From assembly GCA_963801165.1 (NCBI GenBank), contig CAWDDT010000004.1, positions 608,001-672,000 on the forward strand: 64,000 nt of DNA. Direction: 5' to 3'. Positions within the stretch are counted from its first letter, which is position 1; the number at the start of each line of letters is the position of its first letter. Below the pieces are notes generated by a model. That model saw only the letters and a list, made by a program, of their open reading frames with translations, was not told the DNA's origin and did not search any database. The stretch is from an uncultured bacterium. GTDB taxonomy: Bacteria; Actinomycetota; Acidimicrobiia; Spongiisociales; UBA5794. The position numbers and the translations under genes are program-made. Of the stretch, positions 57,548-64,000 are shown piece by piece.

Positions 57548-58198
57548 TCAGTTGCAGGCAGCTTCGATTTCCGCCGGGGGCAGCTGTGCGCCGAGCCCGG
57601 CGTCGACCAGACACGCCACTTTGCGCTCTCGGAAGTAGAAGAAGTGGTCGCTCCCGTGTAGCACGTGCAGCGTCGCCCCCGCCCGCTGTGCGTATTCGAT
57701 GATCGGGCCCGGTGGCACGACCTGGTCGCGATCACCGACGATGAAGGTGCGCGGCGCCGGCTGAAGCGATTCCGGCTCGGGGAGACGGATGCCCGAGTCC
57801 GGGGGGAGTCCCGGCGCTATCCCGACGTAGTTGAGCTCGGACCGGTCCCTGGCGTGCCAACGCAGTGCCGTGGCCGCCCCGAACGACCATCCGGCAACCC
57901 CGAACCCCAGATCGGGGAACTGATCCTGTGCATGATCGACGGCAGCTGCGACGTCGTCGATCTCGGCTATTCCGAAGTCGTGTTCGCCAGTTGAGAGCCC
58001 GACGCCGCGAAAGTTGAATCTCAGCACAGCGACGGCCCTCTCCAGCAGAGCCGCGGTCATCTCTTCGAAGAGCGGGACGCGCATAGTCGCTCGCTGCATG
58101 GGGTGGGGGTGGCAGAGCACGACCCCGCGAACCGGCTCGGCCGGTAAGTCCCAGCGCGCTTCGAGCTCGACGGATGACGAGACCCGGATCGTGGTCAT
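57548..58198 (-). CDS. alpha/beta-fold hydrolase
   Basis: LCHPHP, LRFNFRGVG.S.G, GWSFG nucleophile elbow, GDRDQ, DHFF. Confidence 0.9.
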   Translation of the reverse strand: MTTIRVSSSVELEARWDLPAEPVRGVVLCHPHPMQRATMRVPLFEEMTAALLERAVAVLRFNFRGVGLSTGEHDFGIAEIDDVAAAVDHAQDQFPDLGFGVAGWSFGAATALRWHARDRSELNYVGIAPGLPPDSGIRLPEPESLQPAPRTFIVGDRDQVVPPGPIIEYAQRAGATLHVLHGSDHFFYFRERKVACLVDAGLGAQLPPAEIEAACN

Positions 58199-58284
58199 AG
58201 ACGCGTTGCCATCCACACGGCGCCGGCGATGAGAATCACCAAGCCCGTGACCAAGGATGCGACGAGCAGGTACCGGGTCTGCAT
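58195..58284 (-). CDS. 29-aa single-TM small protein
   Basis: MQTRYLLVASLVTGLVILIAGAVWMATRL; leaderless TAACCT-N7-ATG; stop overlaps hydrolase start (ATGA); not in ORF track. Confidence 0.65.
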   Translation of the reverse strand: MQTRYLLVASLVTGLVILIAGAVWMATRL

Positions 58285-58433
58285 GGAGACGAGGTTACCG
58301 GGTCTACACAAGAGGTTGCCCGCTCCTAACCTGGGCATCTCATCGGGTTCTAGTCATCGGGTAGGTGGATTGGACGTCAATCTCGGCCGTCGGCAGTTGT
58401 TAGCGATGTACAGACGCATGATGGTCGCGAGCC

Positions 58434-59741
58434 GTGATGTTTGATCCTGTTGCGGTGCTCGCCGATCTGATCCAGGTCGACACGACCAACCCGCCCGGGA
58501 ACGAGACGGCGGCGATGGATCTCATTCGCAAGCTGCTCGAGGAGGCGGGGATCACGCCGATGATCCTGGCCCGGGACCCTGCCCGGCCGAACCTGGTAGC
58601 CCGCATCAGGGGCAGGGGGGAGGCGCCCCCATTCCTGATGCAGGGTCACGTCGATGTCGTGCCCACCGGCGACCAACAGTGGGAGCGCGATCCGTTTGGT
58701 GGCGAGGTGATCGACGGCGAGATGTGGGGCAGGGGCTCGCTCGACATGAAGGGTCCCGTTGTGATGATGCTGCATGCATTCATCCGGTTGGCCGGATCGG
58801 GAAGCCCTCCCGCGGGTGACATCATTCTTGCCATTGTCTCCGACGAGGAGGACAGCGGGTTCTACGGTGCCAGATTCCTCGTCGATGAGCACCCCGGGCT
58901 ATTCGAGGACGTCAAATACTGCATCGGCGAGTTCGGCGGTTTCTCGTTCCCGTTTGCCGGCGCCCGCTTCTGCCCCATCCAGGTGTCCGAACGAATGGGC
59001 ATTCGCTTCGAGCTGACCTTGACCGCCGAGGGCGGGCACGGCTCGATGCCCCGCCGGGGCGCCGCCATGGCTCGTTTGGCCAAGGTACTCACCGACTTGG
59101 ACCGTAAACGCCTGCCGATCCACATCTCGCCGGCAACCCGGCTCATGGTCGAGGGGATGGCCGCACACGCAACGGGGGTACGGCGAAGGGTGATGCAAAT
59201 GCTGCTCGACGAACGGAGCGCGGCGGCCGCTTTCCGGCTCATGCCCGGTCAGCTCGAGGCCATGGAGCCGCTGTTCCGCAACACGGTGAGCCCCACCATC
59301 GTTCACGGCGGCGACAGGTTCAATGTCATTCCGGGAAGGATCACTCTGACCCTCGACGGCCGGATGGTCCCGTCCAGCAACCCCGAGGAGATGGCCGGCG
59401 AGTTGCGGCGCGTCATCGGCGACGACATAGCCGTCGAATACACCGTCGACGGCGAACCGGGTCCGGAGCAACCCGATCTCGGGCTGTTCCCGCTGCTGGC
59501 GGACGTGATGACCCGGCGCGACGCGGGCCTGATCCCGGTGCCGTTCATGATGCCCGCCGTCACCGACGGCAGGTGGTTCGCCCGGCTCGGCATCCAGCCG
59601 TACGGGTTCACTCCGCTGCTCCTGCCCGATGGCTTCGAATTCCAGAAACTCGCCCACGCTGCCAACGAGCGTGTGCCAGTGACCGCCATAGAGACGGGTG
59701 CCGGCATCATTTACGACCTGTTGCAGCGGTATCCCGGGTGA
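58434..59741 (+). CDS. M20/M25/M40 family metallo-hydrolase (ArgE/DapE-like)
   Basis: T.NPPGNE, GHVDVVP, GRGSLDMKG, DEE, GHGS.P, TDGR, AH..NER. Confidence 0.9.
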   Translation: MMFDPVAVLADLIQVDTTNPPGNETAAMDLIRKLLEEAGITPMILARDPARPNLVARIRGRGEAPPFLMQGHVDVVPTGDQQWERDPFGGEVIDGEMWGRGSLDMKGPVVMMLHAFIRLAGSGSPPAGDIILAIVSDEEDSGFYGARFLVDEHPGLFEDVKYCIGEFGGFSFPFAGARFCPIQVSERMGIRFELTLTAEGGHGSMPRRGAAMARLAKVLTDLDRKRLPIHISPATRLMVEGMAAHATGVRRRVMQMLLDERSAAAAFRLMPGQLEAMEPLFRNTVSPTIVHGGDRFNVIPGRITLTLDGRMVPSSNPEEMAGELRRVIGDDIAVEYTVDGEPGPEQPDLGLFPLLADVMTRRDAGLIPVPFMMPAVTDGRWFARLGIQPYGFTPLLLPDGFEFQKLAHAANERVPVTAIETGAGIIYDLLQRYPG

Positions 59742-59898
59742 CCCGCTGCTCGGTGCAGGGCTTGCGACGCCGGTTCTCCGGTCGGGCCACAAGGCCCCCA
59801 TTGGCATCATTGGTGATGCTCCCGGCGGCACTGAACGCGGCAAACGCTTATGGTCTGGGCACTAGGCTCATTGCTGACCCAAATCTTCCTGCGGAGGC

Positions 59899-61272
59899 AT
59901 GGTGTACGACGTCGTAATCATTGGTGGCGGACCGGGCGGATACGCAGCCGCGCTGTATGCCCACAACTTCGGTCTCAGTGTCGCGCTCGTGGAGAAGGAC
60001 AGGGTGGGTGGGACCTGTCTGCTCCGTGGCTGCATCCCGGCCAAGTCGTGGCTAAAGACTGCCGAGGTCTTCACTCATATCCAGAAGGCCGCGGAGTTCG
60101 GTGTGAACGTCGGCGAACCGAGTCTCGACTGGGGAGCCGCCCTTGCCCGAAAGAACAACATCGTCGACGGTCTGGTCAGCGGGCTGGGTGGTTTACTCAA
60201 GACCCGCAACGTCGAGGTTATCGACGGTTACGGCACGCTCGCCGACGGTGGGGTAGAGGTGGTGGGCGCGGACGGTGAGACCCGTCGGTTGGAAACCCGC
60301 AACGTCATTCTGGCGACTGGATCCAAGCCGCGATCCATCCCCGGGTACGAGTTCGACGGCAACAGGATCGTATCGAGCGACGAGGCGCTGGATTGGGAGG
60401 AGCGTCCCAACCGGGTGGCCATTATCGGCGCCGGGGCCATCGGCTCCGAGTTCGCCTTCATCCTCGGATCGACGGGCACGGAGGTGCACCTGTTCGAGAT
60501 GCTCGACCAGGTCGTCCCCGGTGCCGAGCCCGAAGCAGCCAAGGCACTTACCCGGGAGATGAAGAAACGGGGCATCAAGGTCCGTACCGGGATCGGTGTC
60601 GGCCCCGCCGAGGTCAACCAGGACCGGGTGGTTGTGCCTTTCGAAGGTGAATATGTAGACGTCGACAAGGTGCTGGTCGCCGTAGGCCGGGCGCCGGTGA
60701 CCGACAACATCGGTCTCGAGACGACCAAAGTCGAGGTCGACCGCGGGTACATCCTGGTCGATCTCAACACGATGATGACCGCAGAGCCCAACATCTATGC
60801 CGTCGGGGACATCGTCGCCGGGACCCCGCAGTTGGCCCACGCCGGGTTTGCGGAGGGGATCGCCGCGATCACCCACATCGCAACGGGCGAGACGGCGCCT
60901 GTCGACTACCGGGCGATTCCGCTGGTGGTCTACACCGACCCCGAGGTGGCCGCGGTAGGTCTCACCGAGGCCAAGGCGCGCGAGGCCGGGTACGACGTCG
61001 AGGTTCATGATCACGGGATGCGCGGCCTGGGGCGGGCCATCATCCTCGGCGAGGTCGGGGGTCTGGTGAAGATCGTCAGCGAGAAGGACGGCCCGATCCT
61101 GGGAGCCACTGTCGTGGCCCCGGCCGCAGGTGAGCTCATCCATGAGCTCATGTACGCCGTTGCGTGGGAGGCGCTCCCGGCGGAGGCGGCCGCATTTATC
61201 CACGCCCATCCGACGATGTCGGAGGCGATCGGGGAGACTCTGCTGTCGGCGGCGGGCCGCAGCCTGCACTGA
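59899..61272 (+). CDS. lpdA: dihydrolipoyl dehydrogenase (E3)
   Basis: GGGPGGY.AA, GGTCLLRGCIPAK, ATGS.P, GAG.IG.E, IYAVGD, HAHPT.SE. Confidence 0.96.
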   Translation: MVYDVVIIGGGPGGYAAALYAHNFGLSVALVEKDRVGGTCLLRGCIPAKSWLKTAEVFTHIQKAAEFGVNVGEPSLDWGAALARKNNIVDGLVSGLGGLLKTRNVEVIDGYGTLADGGVEVVGADGETRRLETRNVILATGSKPRSIPGYEFDGNRIVSSDEALDWEERPNRVAIIGAGAIGSEFAFILGSTGTEVHLFEMLDQVVPGAEPEAAKALTREMKKRGIKVRTGIGVGPAEVNQDRVVVPFEGEYVDVDKVLVAVGRAPVTDNIGLETTKVEVDRGYILVDLNTMMTAEPNIYAVGDIVAGTPQLAHAGFAEGIAAITHIATGETAPVDYRAIPLVVYTDPEVAAVGLTEAKAREAGYDVEVHDHGMRGLGRAIILGEVGGLVKIVSEKDGPILGATVVAPAAGELIHELMYAVAWEALPAEAAAFIHAHPTMSEAIGETLLSAAGRSLH

Positions 61273-61292
61273 GGACTAGAAGGAGATCTGAA

Positions 61293-62807
61293 ATGGCGAC
61301 CACCGTCGAGATGCCCCGCCTGGGCGAGACCGTAACCGAAGGCACGATTCTCAGCTGGGCCAAGCAGCCGGGAGACACTATCGCGGCTGACGAAGTGCTG
61401 CTCGAGATCTCAACGGACAAGGTGGACACGGAGGTGCCTTCCCCGGTAGCCGGGGTCGTGCTCGAGATCCTCGTCCCCGAGGGTGAGACCGTGAGCGTCG
61501 GTACGCCGCTGGCCGTCATCGGTGAATCCGGTGAGTCAACCGGGTCTGTGGCCGCCTCGACCGCCGACGCCGGGCAAACCGAAGCGCAACCCGAGCAGAT
61601 GGCACCAGCTCCGCCGCCGGTACCGGCGCCGCCTCCGGCACCAGCGCCAACTCCGGCCCCGGGTCCGCCAGCGGCCCCGGCTACGCCACCGGCGCCCGCG
61701 GCCCCGCCGACGCCGAGCGCTTCCGCCGAGGAGCCCAAGCGCTCGGTGCTGTCGCCGGTGGTGAGAAAGCTCGCCGCCGAGAACGACGTCGACCTGAACC
61801 TGGTCGCGGGCACCGGCGAGGGGGGCAGGATCACCCGGAGGGACGTCAGCAGGTACATGGAGGCACGCAAGGCGGGCTCGCCTCCTCCGCCACCAGCCGC
61901 CCCGACGGCCGAAGTCACCTTCGAACCTGCCCCGGCCGCACCGGCGGCCGCCCCCGCGCCTGCTCCCGCCCCGGCGGCACCGGCGGCCGCTCCCGCGCCT
62001 GCTGCCGCCCCGGCGGCGGAGGTTCCGGTGCAGGAGGAGCCTGCGCCTGCCCCGGCTCCGGTTGCTGCAGCCCCGGTCGCCGGCCCTGGAAGCCGGACCG
62101 AGGCGATGCCCCGGCTGCGCAAGGTCATCGCCGAGAACATGGTCAACTCCAAACGAACCGCCGCGCACGTTTGGACGTCGGTGGAGGTCGATTACGAGCG
62201 TGTCGAGCGGGTGCGCCAGGCTCACAGGGCCGAGTGGAAGGCAAGGGAGGGATCCTCGCTGACCTATCTACCGTTCATCGCCAGAGCCACGATCGACGCC
62301 CTCGGCGCTTACCCGGTGGTCAACAGCTCCTTCGATCTCGAAAAGGGCACACAGACGTTCCACAGCGTCGTCAATCTGGGTATTGCCGTTGATCTCAACG
62401 AAGGCGGTCTTGTAGTGATGAACATGCCCGGTGCAGACGGGCTGGGTGTCACCGGTTTGGCCCGGGGTATTCGCGCCGTTGCCAACAAGGCACGCGCCGG
62501 AAAGCTCGAGCTGGACGACCTGTCGGGGACCACCTTCACGATCACCAATCCGGGACCGTTCGGCTCATTCATGTCCGCCCCGATCATCAACCTTCCCAAC
62601 GTCGCGGTCCTGTCGACCGATACCGTTGCCAAGCGGCCGGCAGTGGTCACCCAGCCGGATGGCACTGATGCCATCGCCATTCGCCACATCGGCTATCTCG
62701 GGCTGACCTGGGATCACCGTGTGTTCGACGGATCTACCGCAGTCCTGTTCCTCCGCCGGATCAAGGAGAACCTGGAGACCTGGGACTGGGATCAGGAACT
62801 GGCGTGA
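61293..62807 (+). CDS. 2-oxoacid dehydrogenase E2 (DlaT/SucB-type), one lipoyl domain
   Basis: MP.LGE.VTEGT, STDKV.TE lipoyl Lys, [15 protein letters not shown] binding domain, Pro/Ala linkers, DHRVFDG. Confidence 0.92.
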   Translation: MATTVEMPRLGETVTEGTILSWAKQPGDTIAADEVLLEISTDKVDTEVPSPVAGVVLEILVPEGETVSVGTPLAVIGESGESTGSVAASTADAGQTEAQPEQMAPAPPPVPAPPPAPAPTPAPGPPAAPATPPAPAAPPTPSASAEEPKRSVLSPVVRKLAAENDVDLNLVAGTGEGGRITRRDVSRYMEARKAGSPPPPPAAPTAEVTFEPAPAAPAAAPAPAPAPAAPAAAPAPAAAPAAEVPVQEEPAPAPAPVAAAPVAGPGSRTEAMPRLRKVIAENMVNSKRTAAHVWTSVEVDYERVERVRQAHRAEWKAREGSSLTYLPFIARATIDALGAYPVVNSSFDLEKGTQTFHSVVNLGIAVDLNEGGLVVMNMPGADGLGVTGLARGIRAVANKARAGKLELDDLSGTTFTITNPGPFGSFMSAPIINLPNVAVLSTDTVAKRPAVVTQPDGTDAIAIRHIGYLGLTWDHRVFDGSTAVLFLRRIKENLETWDWDQELA

Positions 62808-64000
62808 CCGCGCCGCGGTTGAGGGTGCGCTGGCTGGGGCGTCTGCCCTATGGCGAGGCGTGGGATCTGCAGAAGGCTTTCTGGGAAGGTCGGGTCGCTG
62901 GCCGCACCGCCGATGACTACCTGTTGCTGCTGGAACACCCTCACACCTATACGGTCGGACGCAACGGCGACGGCTCCAATCTGCTGATCCCGGAAAGGGA
63001 CCTCGACGGTATCGGCGCCGAGCTCCACTTCGTGGATCGGGGTGGCGACATCACCTACCACGGGCCGGGCCAACTCGTGGGCTATCCCATCTTCGCCGTG
63101 CCCCGGCTGCCGAACGGGTTTGACATGGTCGGGCACGTGCGCAGGATCGAAGAGGCGATCATCGCCGCTCTGGGCGATCTCGACATCGAAGCGAGGGCGG
63201 AAAAGGGTCTCACCGGGGTTTGGACGGCGCGGGGCAAGATCGCGGCCATCGGCGTCCGCGTCGCCCGTGGCGTGTCGATGCACGGCTTTGCGATCAACGT
63301 CGATCCGGATCTCGGCTACTTCGGCAACATCGTGCCGTGCGGTATCACGGACCGGGCCGTCACCTCGATAAGGGAGATGACGGATGCGAACGTGACCATC
63401 GAGGATCTGGTCAATGTTCTGGTCTCGCACATCGGCGCCGTGTTCGACCACGACGACGTCGACGTGCAGCTCGGAGCTTTCGCCCGCGGCGCCGGCCGGG
63501 AACCGTATGCCGTCGACGCCATGGTGGCGGCAGGCGTCTTCTCGGGGAGCAAACCGGCCGAGGTCCCGATCGCCATCAACGGGCTGCTGCCTGGCGAACC
63601 GGCCCGTCCCGAATGGATGCGGGTCAAGGCCGATATCTCTTCGCAGGGGTATCGCGATCTGCGGCGCCTGATGCGGAGCAAGGAGCTCAACACCGTCTGC
63701 GAGGAAGCGGGCTGCCCCAACATCTACGAGTGCTGGGCATCGGGAACCGGCACCCTGATGCTGTTGGGTGACAAATGCACCAGAGCCTGTGCATTCTGTG
63801 ATGTCCAGACCGGCAGGCCGGGAGAGGTCGATGGCGACGAGCCGCGGCGGGCCGCCGACGCAGTCGCTGCCATGGGTCTGCGGCATGCGGTGCTGACCAG
63901 TGTCAACCGCGACGATCTCGACGATGGGGGCTCTTTGATCTTCGCCGAGACGATCAACCGGATCCGGGAGCTCGTTCCCGACTGCGACGTCGAGGTGCTG
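62804..64000 (+). CDS. lipA: fused octanoyltransferase LipB / lipoyl synthase LipA (runs off window)
   Basis: Not in ORF track. Single open frame from GTG 62804: [48 protein letters not shown], then [28 protein letters not shown]. Confidence 0.92.
   Translation, partial: MTAPRLRVRWLGRLPYGEAWDLQKAFWEGRVAGRTADDYLLLLEHPHTYTVGRNGDGSNLLIPERDLDGIGAELHFVDRGGDITYHGPGQLVGYPIFAVPRLPNGFDMVGHVRRIEEAIIAALGDLDIEARAEKGLTGVWTARGKIAAIGVRVARGVSMHGFAINVDPDLGYFGNIVPCGITDRAVTSIREMTDANVTIEDLVNVLVSHIGAVFDHDDVDVQLGAFARGAGREPYAVDAMVAAGVFSGSKPAEVPIAINGLLPGEPARPEWMRVKADISSQGYRDLRRLMRSKELNTVCEEAGCPNIYECWASGTGTLMLLGDKCTRACAFCDVQTGRPGEVDGDEPRRAADAVAAMGLRHAVLTSVNRDDLDDGGSLIFAETINRIRELVPDCDVEVL

Noticed and set aside
61600-62090. 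Repetitive GC-rich DNA in the E2 gene and Thr-codon runs in secreted proteins
   Set aside because: Ordinary Pro/Ala and Thr linkers.

Overview
High-GC actinobacterial chromosomal window; gene content and leaderless promoters suggest Acidimicrobiia-like (inference). It is mostly housekeeping and metabolic: menB (partial)/menE, M3 peptidase, a polar amino-acid ABC transporter, a TagGH/Wzm-Wzt-type exporter, UPF0182, an OmpR-family two-component system, a WYL regulator, an ECF sigma/anti-sigma pair, two F420-type LLM oxidoreductases, Eis, nucS, a group-2 sigma-70, UdgB, cobB, fumC, TMEM175, pncB, a DsbB/thioredoxin pair, an IcmA-type mutase and lpdA-E2-lipB/lipA. No rRNA, tRNA or CRISPR array was seen. 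Main points: (1) a five-gene ApbE/ferric-reductase-like operon with no canonical [ST]GA[ST] flavinylation substrate, whose promoter shares an 11-bp-phased direct-repeat box with the two-component locus about 9.5 kb away, suggesting an undescribed regulated extracytosolic redox system; (2) a rod-shaped 6S/Ms1-like ncRNA candidate at about 55650-55820; (3) a SUF system split over three loci with two intact SufC paralogs; (4) an in-frame LipB-LipA fusion missed by the ORF track; (5) unrelated 15-16 bp tandem arrays at gene 5' ends, a REP-like composite, C-rich-loop hairpins, a frameshifted HNH gene behind a PafBC-type promoter, and two unannotated small ORFs. All calls come from motif reading by eye; no searches were run.
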